DNA from: an uncultured virus (IMG/VR IMGVR_UViG_3300037419_002203)
Lineage: Duplodnaviria; Heunggongvirae; Uroviricota; Caudoviricetes
Virus record (IMG/VR): IMGVR_UViG_3300037419_002203
Coordinates: 62,001-117,930 of that record
Length of the DNA stretch: 55,930 nucleotides
Direction: 5' to 3' (one strand)
Of this stretch, positions 36,395-45,547 are shown piece by piece (the stretch's first letter is position 1; each line of letters begins with the position of its first letter). A model generated the notes under the pieces. That model saw only the letters and a list, made by a program, of their open reading frames with translations, was not told where the DNA came from and did no database searches. Made by a program: the position numbers and the translations under genes.

Positions 36395-37123
36395 ATGCTA
36401 CTTGGTTGTCCCTACTGTCGGACCGTGCTCACCAAGCACTGGTTGTTCCGCACGCTGAAGTGCCCCACGCACGGCAAGATCGAGCCGTACCGCGCGATCA
36501 ACCTCGCGACCACGCCACCGCCCAAGCCGCCCGCGGCTCCGATCAGCAAGACGGCGCCTGTACCCACCCCGCGCCCGCCACAGCCCTCGCGGACCCACCA
36601 CAACCCGCCGCCCCCGGCTAGCCGTCCGGCTCCTCCTCGCGGCGTCCAGCATGTCCACCACGAGCACGAACACCACGAGCATCACCACCACACCTACATC
36701 CAGCCTTCGCCGCCACCCGTGGTCATCGAAGACCTCGGTGTTACGGCCAGCGGCAACTGGGGCACGGACACCCTGGCCCCTGCTGACAGCGGCGTGACCG
36801 CCAGTGATAGCTGGGGCACGACGGGTGCGGCAGGTGGTAACGGTGGTACGCCGGACAACTCTGGTTCTGGTGTGGACGCCAGCGGCAGCTGGGACACGGG
36901 CAACACGTACAGCCCGCCTCCCCCGCCTCCGCCGCCGTCCTACGAGCCCAGCTACAGCCCGCCTCCGCCGCCTCCCCCGGCTTCGGATTACAGCTACAGC
37001 CCGCCGCCTCCTCCCCCGCCTCCGCCGTCGTCGGACTACGGTTCGTCTTCGTCTTCCTACGACTCCGGCAGCTCCAGCAGCTCGTACGACTCCGGCGGAT
37101 CGTCGGGCGGCGGGGACTGGTAA
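36395..37123 (+). CDS. Low-complexity protein: Zn finger, His tract, YSPPPP repeats, Ser/Gly tail
   Basis: AGGAGG SD; CPYC...CPTH; repeats visible in translation. Confidence 0.7.
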   Translation: MLLGCPYCRTVLTKHWLFRTLKCPTHGKIEPYRAINLATTPPPKPPAAPISKTAPVPTPRPPQPSRTHHNPPPPASRPAPPRGVQHVHHEHEHHEHHHHTYIQPSPPPVVIEDLGVTASGNWGTDTLAPADSGVTASDSWGTTGAAGGNGGTPDNSGSGVDASGSWDTGNTYSPPPPPPPPSYEPSYSPPPPPPPASDYSYSPPPPPPPPPSSDYGSSSSSYDSGSSSSSYDSGGSSGGGDW

Positions 37124-37124
37124 G

Positions 37125-37451
37125 ATGCCGACCATCGTCAAGCAGCCTTGGGCTGAGTACGACGCGTGGTCGGGCTGCAAGCCGGATGGCTACTCGGTTC
37201 ACCTCAGTGAGTCGGATCGAGTAGCCTTCGTTGATGGGTTCGACAAGACCTTCAACAACGAGGCGCAGGTCCCAGACAACTATGACAAGGCAGTTGGCAA
37301 CCCCACGGTGATCGACGTTCCCGATCACGTACATCAGGCGCTGGTCGCGGTCCGGGAGGACAAGACGCACGACTACCCTTGGCGTGCATTTGGGATCTTC
37401 GTCCCCAACGACGCCGCGATCATGAAGTTGGGCATCAACCCCAACCCATAA
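37125..37451 (+). CDS. Hypothetical protein
   Basis: Abuts upstream stop. Confidence 0.65.
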   Translation: MPTIVKQPWAEYDAWSGCKPDGYSVHLSESDRVAFVDGFDKTFNNEAQVPDNYDKAVGNPTVIDVPDHVHQALVAVREDKTHDYPWRAFGIFVPNDAAIMKLGINPNP

Positions 37452-37461
37452 GGAGTCCGCC

Positions 37462-37713
37462 ATGGACGCCGAATCCGCCTGGGCGATGGATCGTCACTGG
37501 GACGCGCCACCGCCCGAACCTCACTACAACTTGGGGATGTTGATCCTGTTCGTGGGTAGTTCGGTCCATCAAGCAGAGTCGCGATTGGCCGAAGCGATTG
37601 CCAAGGCACCTGAAGGCGACATCAAGAACCGCCTTGCTGCTTGGGGCGAGCAGTTGAAGATCCTGGCTCAAGATCTTGACACCATACAATCCCTAGAATC
37701 CCCCTTTAAATAA
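37462..37713 (+). CDS. Hypothetical protein
   Basis: AAGGAG SD. Confidence 0.55.
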   Translation: MDAESAWAMDRHWDAPPPEPHYNLGMLILFVGSSVHQAESRLAEAIAKAPEGDIKNRLAAWGEQLKILAQDLDTIQSLESPFK

Positions 37714-37724
37714 GGAGCACCGCC

Positions 37725-38846
37725 ATGAGCACCGTCCGCACCACCATCGAGCGTCTGGTCAACGTCCGGCCGCACACCAACTCTGACAACCTGAACCTCG
37801 CCATCGTGCGTGGCTGGCAAATGGTCATGAACGACCGCAACGCGGAGAACCCGCGTAAGACCGGCGACCTGGTCGTTTACTTCGAGGCGGGCACCGTGCT
37901 TCCGTTGAAGTGGGCCGAGAAGTTCGAGGTCGTCAACTACCTCTCCAACAAGACGGACATCGAGGGCAACAAGGTCTTGGTGGTCGGCAAGGTCCGCTTG
38001 CGGGGCGAGCCCAGCTTCGGTCTCACGGTTCCCGTCGCCGAGGCGCTGGCCCTGATGGACGAGCCGGACACCGCGGTTCTGTTCGAGGGCGACGACGTGT
38101 CGCACCTCTTCGGCACCAGCAAGTACCGGCCGCCGGTCAAGGCGAGCGCGGGTGACGCCGAGGAGGATCACCCGCACTTCCAGCCCTACACCGACATCGA
38201 GAACCTGCGCAACTTCCCCAACATCATCGAGGAAGGCGAAGAGGTCACCTACCGCGAGAAGCTGCACGGCACGAACTGTCGCGTGGGCTTCGTGCGCTGT
38301 GACGAAGATCCCAACTGCATCGTCCGCATGGCGGGCTCGCGCGAACTGCGGCGCAAGGCGCCCAAGACCGACGACGAGATGGCCGCCAACACCTACTGGT
38401 TCCCGTGGACGCTGGAGTCGGTCAGCTTGATGCTCAGCCACCTGGGTATTCAAGGTAACCAGAGCGCGACGCTGTACGGTGAGGTCTACGGTGGTGGCGT
38501 CCAGAAGGGCTTCGACTACGGCCACAAGCGTCCGCAGTTCCGCGCCTTTGACCTGTCGGTCAACGGCAAGTACCTGGACGATCCCGAGTTCGAGGCGCTG
38601 TGCCAGGAGTTCGGTATCGAGGTGGCGCCGCTCGCGTACCGCGGTCCCCACAACATGGCCAAGCTCAAGGAGCTGGCTGAAGGCAAGACGGCCATCGAGG
38701 GTGCCACGCATATCAGCGAGGGCATCGTCGTAACCCCCACCAAGGAGCGTGTCCACCCGCAGGTGGGTCGCGTGATCCTCAAGTACGTGTCGGATGCCTA
38801 CCTCTTCCGCAAGGGCGGGGATGACGACGACACGACCGACGTGTAA
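37725..38846 (+). CDS. RNA ligase, DRB0094/Rnl2 family with N-terminal OB domain
   Basis: HTNSDNL...LRGEPS.G N-domain; motif I EKLHGTN; YGEVYG; FD; EGIVV; ILKYVS. Confidence 0.9.
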   Translation: MSTVRTTIERLVNVRPHTNSDNLNLAIVRGWQMVMNDRNAENPRKTGDLVVYFEAGTVLPLKWAEKFEVVNYLSNKTDIEGNKVLVVGKVRLRGEPSFGLTVPVAEALALMDEPDTAVLFEGDDVSHLFGTSKYRPPVKASAGDAEEDHPHFQPYTDIENLRNFPNIIEEGEEVTYREKLHGTNCRVGFVRCDEDPNCIVRMAGSRELRRKAPKTDDEMAANTYWFPWTLESVSLMLSHLGIQGNQSATLYGEVYGGGVQKGFDYGHKRPQFRAFDLSVNGKYLDDPEFEALCQEFGIEVAPLAYRGPHNMAKLKELAEGKTAIEGATHISEGIVVTPTKERVHPQVGRVILKYVSDAYLFRKGGDDDDTTDV

Positions 38847-38852
38847 TCACCA

Positions 38853-38878
38853 AGGGGCCAGCCTTCGGGTTGGCCCCT
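38853..38878 (+). other. cUUCGg-capped stem-loop after the RNA ligase gene
   Basis: AGGGGCCAGCC-TTCG-GGTTGGCCCCT. Confidence 0.7.
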
Positions 38879-38895
38879 CGCCGAAAGGAGCCACT

Positions 38896-39357
38896 ATGCC
38901 CCGCCCCAGCCGACGTACCCCGGAACGGGTCGTGGGTCGCGCCCACAAGGAACAATGCTTTGAACTGGCTCGGCAGCTGGCCACCGAGTTCAAGTTCACG
39001 ATGCCCTACTACAACGAGAAACAGTCTCTCTACCCGGAGACGTACTACGCCCAGCGGTTCATCGTGGTCAAGCGTCACACCATCTACAACAACGATGACG
39101 ACGGCCACGGCGCATCGGTCAAGGACGAGAACGCTTACGGCGAGTGGGCGGCTACTCCTGAAGACGCTGTCGAGAAGGTCCGTGAGGAGCTGAAGCACTA
39201 CGGCTACCGCCACGTCGAGGTCTACGATGTCGAGCGCCAAGAACAGTGCGACATCGACTTTGCCATCGTGTTGAAGTACAACGCGGTGGTGACCCAGGTG
39301 GCAGTGGCAGGCGGTGAGTACCTGGGCAACGCGCCCACAGTGAAAGGCAAAGACTAA
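38896..39357 (+). CDS. Hypothetical protein
   Basis: Start-associated motif and ATG. Confidence 0.7.
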   Translation: MPRPSRRTPERVVGRAHKEQCFELARQLATEFKFTMPYYNEKQSLYPETYYAQRFIVVKRHTIYNNDDDGHGASVKDENAYGEWAATPEDAVEKVREELKHYGYRHVEVYDVERQEQCDIDFAIVLKYNAVVTQVAVAGGEYLGNAPTVKGKD

Positions 39358-39830
39358 TGGGCATGTTCGATTCGTTCTTCGCACCGATCACCTGCCCGCG
39401 CTGCAAGCAGCATTTCCCGAACGGCGAACTGCAGACCAAGCACGGTGTCTGCCACCTGGAGAAAGTGCGCATCGGCGAGTCCTCTCGCAAGATCGACAGC
39501 GGATTGCAGACCGGTGTGATCGACGACATTCTCTGGTTCTGTCCCAACGACGCGTGCCGCAAGGCCACCGCCTGGAAAGACACCCCGCGTGTCAAGGTCT
39601 TCATCCGCGACTTCGTGTTCATGGGAGCCAAGGTCGAGGACCAGACCAACCCCGACGACGACTTCGCAGACTCGCCGGTACCGTTCCGCGTAGAAGTTGC
39701 CCCGAAGGACAACTACGTGGAGCAGCTGGAGCAGGTCATCGCGCGCGTCAAGGACGCCTTCGAGAATGGCGACTACAGCAAGGTCTACGACGAGTTGAAG
39801 GACTACGGACACCTGTCCGTGAAGGAGTAA
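39357..39830 (+). CDS. Zinc-ribbon phage protein (MGMFD...CP.C...QTK type)
   Basis: TAATG junction; CPRC and CPNDAC. Confidence 0.65.
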   Translation: MGMFDSFFAPITCPRCKQHFPNGELQTKHGVCHLEKVRIGESSRKIDSGLQTGVIDDILWFCPNDACRKATAWKDTPRVKVFIRDFVFMGAKVEDQTNPDDDFADSPVPFRVEVAPKDNYVEQLEQVIARVKDAFENGDYSKVYDELKDYGHLSVKE

Positions 39831-39832
39831 CG

Positions 39833-40291
39833 ATGCACACTCAGATCCGCGAACTGGCCGAAGCTCTGCTGAACCGCCGGAATGGTGGTGGCGGTGAACT
39901 AGATGGCCCCGTGCGTAATCTGCTAGCAGCAATCGCCGAAGAGCACACGGAGTTCGCTGACATCATCTACGAGTACCTGCCGGACATTGTCACCGGTACC
40001 TACGATCGTCGCTTCGAGCTGGTTGAGATCAAGGAGGGCGACTTGCCGCGGCTAACGGTCGCCACCAACCGCATTTCGCTCAAGATGCCCAAGGGGTCGT
40101 CTCAAGCGATGATCGACCATTACACCAGCTTGGCACATACCATTGCTGATCAGGTCGACAACCCGCACACGGTGCGCGGCACGTTCATCGGAACAGGTAT
40201 CCGCCTACGCGACGTTAAGAACAAGACGTACGGCCGCTTCGATGAGAACGGTCAGCGCAAGGTGCCCGATGTTCAACCCGACGAGGCGTGA
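39833..40291 (+). CDS. Hypothetical protein
   Basis: AAGGAG SD. Confidence 0.65.
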   Translation: MHTQIRELAEALLNRRNGGGGELDGPVRNLLAAIAEEHTEFADIIYEYLPDIVTGTYDRRFELVEIKEGDLPRLTVATNRISLKMPKGSSQAMIDHYTSLAHTIADQVDNPHTVRGTFIGTGIRLRDVKNKTYGRFDENGQRKVPDVQPDEA

Positions 40292-40295
40292 CACG

Positions 40296-40940
40296 ATGCC
40301 GGACCGCATGCAAGACCTGGGGGACCTGCGAGACGCCTGCATGGGTTGTCGCAACTGCGATCTAGCAATTGCTAGAACCAACGTGGTCTTCGCTCGCGGC
40401 AACCCCTACGCACACGCGATGATCGTGGGCGAGGCGCCCGGCGCCGACGAAGACGCCACGGGCAAGCCCTTCGTCGGGCGCGCCGGTCAGCTCCTCGACC
40501 GGATGTTCAAGTCCGTGGGGCTGGACACCGAGGAGCACTTCTACCTCACTAACACCGTGCGCTGCCGTCCGCCGGGGAACGCCAAGCCCACGCCCGACCA
40601 AACTGCCGCCTGCAAGTACTGGCTCATCGACCAGATCCATCTGCTGCAGCCGCGCTTCATCGTGGCCGTCGGCGGCGTCGCCACAAGCTGGTTCAAGGGC
40701 GAGGAGGCCAAGATCACGCACCTCCGCGGACGCTGGTTCACCTGGAGCCCGCCGGACAGTTCGCTGGTCATCCCGGTCTTCCCCATCCTGCACCCCGCGT
40801 ATCTGCTGCGCCAGAACGACCCACGTTGGGAAGACCCGACATCGCCGCACAGCTTGACCTTCCGGGACATGAAAGCCATCCGTCGCGCCTACCAGAATCG
40901 CGGGCTCATCAACACCGCCGACCTTCCCGCAGAGGAGTGA
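40296..40940 (+). CDS. udg: Uracil-DNA glycosylase family 4 (Fe-S)
   Basis: C..C.L...VGEAPG..ED..G.PFVG.AG.LL...N.VRCRPP.N...HPAYLLR. Confidence 0.93.
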   Translation: MPDRMQDLGDLRDACMGCRNCDLAIARTNVVFARGNPYAHAMIVGEAPGADEDATGKPFVGRAGQLLDRMFKSVGLDTEEHFYLTNTVRCRPPGNAKPTPDQTAACKYWLIDQIHLLQPRFIVAVGGVATSWFKGEEAKITHLRGRWFTWSPPDSSLVIPVFPILHPAYLLRQNDPRWEDPTSPHSLTFRDMKAIRRAYQNRGLINTADLPAEE

Positions 40941-40943
40941 TCC

Positions 40944-41135
40944 ATGCAGAAACCCAACTACGACAACCTGACACCTAATGAGAAAGCAGCATTTCTCGCG
41001 GGCATGCAGTACGGCGCCGATCGCGTTGGTAGCGAGATCAGTGACAACGCTCTGCACTACTTCGATGCTGCCTACAAGCTCGTGGAGAACGAGATCGAGG
41101 AAAGTCAAGCCGAGCTGAACAAGGAGCAGAGGTAG
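40944..41135 (+). CDS. Hypothetical protein
   Basis: GAGGAG SD. Confidence 0.55.
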   Translation: MQKPNYDNLTPNEKAAFLAGMQYGADRVGSEISDNALHYFDAAYKLVENEIEESQAELNKEQR

Positions 41136-41137
41136 TC

Positions 41138-41596
41138 ATGGGTCAGAAACTGCAAGAGCACTGGATCGAGCCGCCCATCCAGATCGCCTCCGAGATGGCG
41201 TCCAGCGTCCACTGGTTCCAGGTGGGCATCGCCAAGGATAACCGCGACGAGAAGCCGTACCTCCGCATCAGCATCTGGCAGAAGGTCTTCCGCCTCGACA
41301 ACCACGAAGCGATCGCCGCCGTCGCCAAGGTCGCCTTGCGGTGGGTGGAACTGTACACCCCGAAGAAGGAAACGATCGGCGTCGACCTCTGGCGGGAAGG
41401 TTTCTCCATGACGGGGGAGTCCGGTACGGCCGAGTTTCTGGGGCACTACCCGGAAGCCAAGACCGTGCGGGAAGCAGCGGACGCTCACGCAGCGGCGAAC
41501 CCCCAATTCGCCAAGCTGTACAAGCCCGAGCACCTTACCTACTGGGGTTGCCGCTTGTACGACAACGAGGCCGATGCACGCAAGAGCTTCGGTTAG
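41138..41596 (+). CDS. Hypothetical protein
   Basis: GAGG SD; WGCRLYDNEADAR.SFG tail. Confidence 0.7.
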   Translation: MGQKLQEHWIEPPIQIASEMASSVHWFQVGIAKDNRDEKPYLRISIWQKVFRLDNHEAIAAVAKVALRWVELYTPKKETIGVDLWREGFSMTGESGTAEFLGHYPEAKTVREAADAHAAANPQFAKLYKPEHLTYWGCRLYDNEADARKSFG

Positions 41597-41657
41597 TTGA
41601 CGACGTCCCGGTCTTTTGACCAGTTGGGTTGGTTGTCCACTGCTGAAAGGAGCCCCC

Positions 41658-42107
41658 ATGCACACGCTTACGGCTGCCCCGCTTACCATCACCTTCGGGA
41701 AGCATGCTGGCATCCCGATCACCCGCGTCCCGCCGGACTTCCTCGTCTGGCTTGCCAGCAAGAGCGAGTTCGTCATGGACGGCATCGAGTGGGTCGCGAT
41801 CGCCGAAGCCGAGTTAAAGCGCCGCGGCACCCGGCGGGAGGGTATCCTACCCAGCCACCACGCCATCGACCGCTTCAGCCAGCGACACCTGGACAAGTTC
41901 CTCCAGCGGGAGAACCCCGACGAGGGCTTGTCCAGCTTCGTCGGCCGCTTGGCAACCACCGCGTGGGAGCTGGGCGAGGTCATCAACTACGAGGAGATCG
42001 GTGACATGATGACCGTCGTCAAGGCGCTGGGCAACATGGGCTTCGTGTTCGCCTGCACCTCCGAACCGCGACCGCTCACGGTCAAGACCGTCTTGGTTCT
42101 GGAGTAG
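41658..42107 (+). CDS. DUF3820/ExoX-C-terminal-like domain protein
   Basis: ITFGKHAG.PI..VP.DFL.W. Confidence 0.6.
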   Translation: MHTLTAAPLTITFGKHAGIPITRVPPDFLVWLASKSEFVMDGIEWVAIAEAELKRRGTRREGILPSHHAIDRFSQRHLDKFLQRENPDEGLSSFVGRLATTAWELGEVINYEEIGDMMTVVKALGNMGFVFACTSEPRPLTVKTVLVLE

Positions 42108-42116
42108 GTGGCGTAG

Positions 42117-42329
42117 ATGGAAGTTTATGTCTACGCGGGCAATGCTCCGCTGGGTCAGGAGCCCTTGGGCACTGAAGGACGGCACATTTGGCGGGATCTC
42201 ACCACCCTTAAGGGAGCCATTCAACGCGCCCGTGCGTTGTACCCCAGCGATGGGTTCATGGTCTACACCTTCACCAACTTCTTCAACGACGCGACGTTCA
42301 AGCTCCAGCACAGGGAGCCGGGCTTGTAG
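42117..42329 (+). CDS. Hypothetical protein
   Basis: ORF track. Confidence 0.55.
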   Translation: MEVYVYAGNAPLGQEPLGTEGRHIWRDLTTLKGAIQRARALYPSDGFMVYTFTNFFNDATFKLQHREPGL

Positions 42330-42352
42330 GATCGTTACATGCGTGGTAAGGT
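42324..42352 (+). promoter_or_regulatory. Putative sigma70-type promoter
   Basis: TTGTAG-N17-TAAGGT with TGG; intergenic, before AAGGAGG SD. Confidence 0.55.
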
Positions 42353-42376
42353 ACATGTACTTCCAAGGAGGTACAT

Positions 42377-42670
42377 ATGGCTCCCCGTTGTCATCACTGC
42401 CTGTTGCTCGCCCAGGCAGTCATTGCGATCCCAGGTCAGAAGATCTACACCTGCCCACGGCACGGTAGGATCACAACCATCGTCGAGATGGACGCTCCCG
42501 AACCGGTCCCGGTAGAGGACGAAGGTGATGACGAGGAGCTGGGCGCCTACCGTCGTGTGGTTGCCCAAGCTTACCCGAACGCGCAGCCTGTCGCGAGCGA
42601 CGAGCCCGAAGGTTACGAGACCTTCTCCCACATCCCTGGATACACCCGCTTTACGAGGAACAGTGCCTAA
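42377..42670 (+). CDS. Small zinc-finger protein
   Basis: CHHC...CPRH; AAGGAGG SD. Confidence 0.6.
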   Translation: MAPRCHHCLLLAQAVIAIPGQKIYTCPRHGRITTIVEMDAPEPVPVEDEGDDEELGAYRRVVAQAYPNAQPVASDEPEGYETFSHIPGYTRFTRNSA

Positions 42671-43299
42671 TGGCTGGCAAGAAGCACACCGGGTTCGCCC
42701 ACGAAGATCGCCGTGCCAAGAAGCACGAGTGGGGAACCCCTGCCACGATCTTCGAGTTGCTGAACATCATGTTCGATCTGGACCCGTGCCATCCCCAGAT
42801 CGCCTACTCCATTCCCATCGACAACTGGTGCCACGCCTGGTACACCAAGGAGGATGATGGGCTCAAGTCGCCGTGGTTCGGGCGGGTCTTCATGAACCCG
42901 CCCTACGGTGACGGCATCATCCACTGGATGGCGAAGATGCACGAGCACGCGAACGGCATCGCGCTCGTGTTCGCCCGCACAGACGTCAAGTGGTACCGAC
43001 AGTACGCGCTCCAGGCTGACGCGATCCTGTACCTCAAGACCCGCTTGAAGTTCATCGACATGAACGACGACAAGGACGAAGAGAAGGCGAAGAACGGCGC
43101 GGGCGCCGGGTCGATGCTCGTTGCCTGGGGCGACGACAACGTGGCTGCCCTTGCCAACCTCGCCCATTTGGGCGACTTTAGGGATCTCCGCATCGAGCGT
43201 CTGTTCAAGTCCTACGCCGGTAAGCCCCTCAACGCGCTCACGACCGCTGCTGCCAAGCTGTTGATCGGGGCGGCAGTCGAGAACTGCGTAGCCGCCTGA
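42670..43299 (+). CDS. Phage Dam-family N6-adenine DNA methyltransferase
   Basis: EWGTP...FDLDPC...DGL...W.GRVFMNPPYG...ARTD. Confidence 0.9.
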   Translation: MAGKKHTGFAHEDRRAKKHEWGTPATIFELLNIMFDLDPCHPQIAYSIPIDNWCHAWYTKEDDGLKSPWFGRVFMNPPYGDGIIHWMAKMHEHANGIALVFARTDVKWYRQYALQADAILYLKTRLKFIDMNDDKDEEKAKNGAGAGSMLVAWGDDNVAALANLAHLGDFRDLRIERLFKSYAGKPLNALTTAAAKLLIGAAVENCVAA

Positions 43300-43315
43300 C
43301 AGAAAGGAGCACCCC

Positions 43316-45529
43316 TTGTCCTGCGAGATTCGCCTTCGCACCGACATCTATGACGAGCCCATGGCCGCCTTCTTTAGGATGGTCCCGGCCGTTCACAAAC
43401 AGAACCTGCCAGATGGTCGGCTCATGTACACGTTCTACGGCGACGAGGGTTACCGGGTCTTCGTAGATACCGCCAACTGCCAGATCCAGGTCTGGGAGCA
43501 GTCACAAGAGTTCGATGATGACGACTTCGGCGCCCACATGAGGCGCAAAGACCCTTGGAGCTTCTCGTTCACCAGTATCTCGGCCGACGAGATCGTGAAG
43601 CGTCTGCGCAAGACGGCGCACGAGCTGATCTCCGACACCATCAAGAGCGAGCTGAACCTCGATCCCAAGTTGGGCACCGTCCAGATCACCATGGACATCC
43701 CCTATGAAGTGGGGACCTGGCTCAAGCGCGGTATGGCGCCTTCCCTCGCAGGTCGCATGACGGGTGATGCTCGCAACGAGGACATCTACAGGTATCTGGT
43801 ACCCAAGTGGGTGGCCGAAGGTGCCGTCAACTTCGCCCAGGAGATGCGACACTCGCGTTACAGCTACAGCCTGGCGGTCCTGAACTTCTACTGGGCGCAT
43901 CACGAGGTCATCAAGGAGATCAAGACCAAGTACCCTCGGCTCTACAAGTACCTGCCCGAGTACCTGTCCAACGGGCACGAACGCGCGGGTGTGACGCAGG
44001 CAGAGAAAGACGCTGCCCGCCAGAACTGGGACCGCAAGCGCAAGTCTCTGATCACGGAGCTGCGCAACTACGTGATGTGGAAGTGCAAGCTCACCAAGAG
44101 CGAGTTGGCCGAGTGGTTGGAGCTGGACGAGCAGAAGTTCGTCTGGATGACCAAGTACGGCGCCGACATGGGTTACGGCGTGGCGCTGGACGTGATCCGG
44201 GCAACCGGTCGCACTCCTGCCATGACGGGTCTCGATACCCTCAACCGCTTCTGGCGTGACGTGCACCACCGCTACACCATCGTGGACTCCGCTTTCTTGC
44301 GGCAGCTCTTCGTCGAGGCGCTGAAGCAGTCCATCAAGCGGCGCCACCGCATGGGCATCGCCCAGTGGCTGGAGCTGGAGTGGGGCCAGGTCGCCGACTG
44401 GTACCGCGCGGCGGGACGGGCATTCCGTCCCGACAAGAACCAGAAGGGCGCCAAGTGGAGCTGGTTCGTCCGTCACTCCGAAGAGTGGCACGACCAGCAA
44501 GCCATCGCCAAGATGGACGCCAGCACGCCCACCGACGAGTGGACGTCGCTGATTCCCCAGCACGTCGCGGGCGACTTCCTGTTCGTGCCGATGCTCTCCA
44601 ACAAGGATCTCCACATCGAGGGCGAATCGCAGGCGCACTGCGTCGGCGGATCGACCTACGTGGAAGGCTCCAAGCGAGGCGACATGTTGATCTGGTCGAT
44701 CCGCACGCGCGAGAACAACCGCGTCGCGACACTCCAGCTCAACAAGCGCGTCGACAAGGTCAAGGTGAAGGACGAGAACGGTCAGGACAAGGAGGTCGAC
44801 AAGATCGTCTGGCTCCGCGGCCAGTGCCTCGGTAAGCGCAACTCCCAGATCGAACCGGCTACCAGTGCGGCAGCCGACGACCTGATCAAGCGCTACAACC
44901 AGCACCAGAGCATCGACTGGGAAGCCGAGCGCGAGCGCGATCAGCTTGCCTACGAAGCCAAGAAGAAGGCAGCCGTCGAGAAGGCACGCAAGGCGGCGAA
45001 GCACACCAAGCGCGTCGAGAAGCTGCTGAAAGAAAACCCGCTGATGCCGCTGGACCAGGCACGTCAGCTCGCAGCCGAGCAGATTGCCACGGAAGAGCGC
45101 GAGAAGGCGGAGAAGGAGCGCAAGAAGGTGGACGATCAGGGCCGTGTGCTCTCGATCGTGGACAGCGAGACCGACGAGGTTCCGCCGCCCATCACCGACG
45201 CCGAGCCCGGTTGGGTTTGTCCCGGTGTCGAGCCTCCCGAACAGCTCACGCAAGCCGCCCAGGAGTTCCAGGAAGCCGTCGTGGCGCTCGAAGCTCCTCC
45301 GGCACCCCCGGAGGTCGAGGACACCCCGGACGACGTTCCTGACGGCTTTCAACGGCTAGTAGAACAGGCGTTGGGGGACGAGCCCGAACTCGAACTGCCG
45401 CCCGCGCCTGAACGGACCATGGACGAGATGATCGCCCGACACAACGAACAACTCGCCGAAGCGCTGGATGCGCCTACAGCATTGGTTAACCATCCCCAAG
45501 ATCCCCAACCGGTTGATGCCGCGGCCTAG
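43316..45529 (+). CDS. PcfJ-like domain protein with acidic C-terminal tail
   Basis: L..EG..QAHCVG..Y...IWSIR...ATL...Q..GKRN. Confidence 0.7.
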   Translation: MSCEIRLRTDIYDEPMAAFFRMVPAVHKQNLPDGRLMYTFYGDEGYRVFVDTANCQIQVWEQSQEFDDDDFGAHMRRKDPWSFSFTSISADEIVKRLRKTAHELISDTIKSELNLDPKLGTVQITMDIPYEVGTWLKRGMAPSLAGRMTGDARNEDIYRYLVPKWVAEGAVNFAQEMRHSRYSYSLAVLNFYWAHHEVIKEIKTKYPRLYKYLPEYLSNGHERAGVTQAEKDAARQNWDRKRKSLITELRNYVMWKCKLTKSELAEWLELDEQKFVWMTKYGADMGYGVALDVIRATGRTPAMTGLDTLNRFWRDVHHRYTIVDSAFLRQLFVEALKQSIKRRHRMGIAQWLELEWGQVADWYRAAGRAFRPDKNQKGAKWSWFVRHSEEWHDQQAIAKMDASTPTDEWTSLIPQHVAGDFLFVPMLSNKDLHIEGESQAHCVGGSTYVEGSKRGDMLIWSIRTRENNRVATLQLNKRVDKVKVKDENGQDKEVDKIVWLRGQCLGKRNSQIEPATSAAADDLIKRYNQHQSIDWEAERERDQLAYEAKKKAAVEKARKAAKHTKRVEKLLKENPLMPLDQARQLAAEQIATEEREKAEKERKKVDDQGRVLSIVDSETDEVPPPITDAEPGWVCPGVEPPEQLTQAAQEFQEAVVALEAPPAPPEVEDTPDDVPDGFQRLVEQALGDEPELELPPAPERTMDEMIARHNEQLAEALDAPTALVNHPQDPQPVDAAA

Positions 45530-45547
45530 CGGCGAGGAGGACCCACC

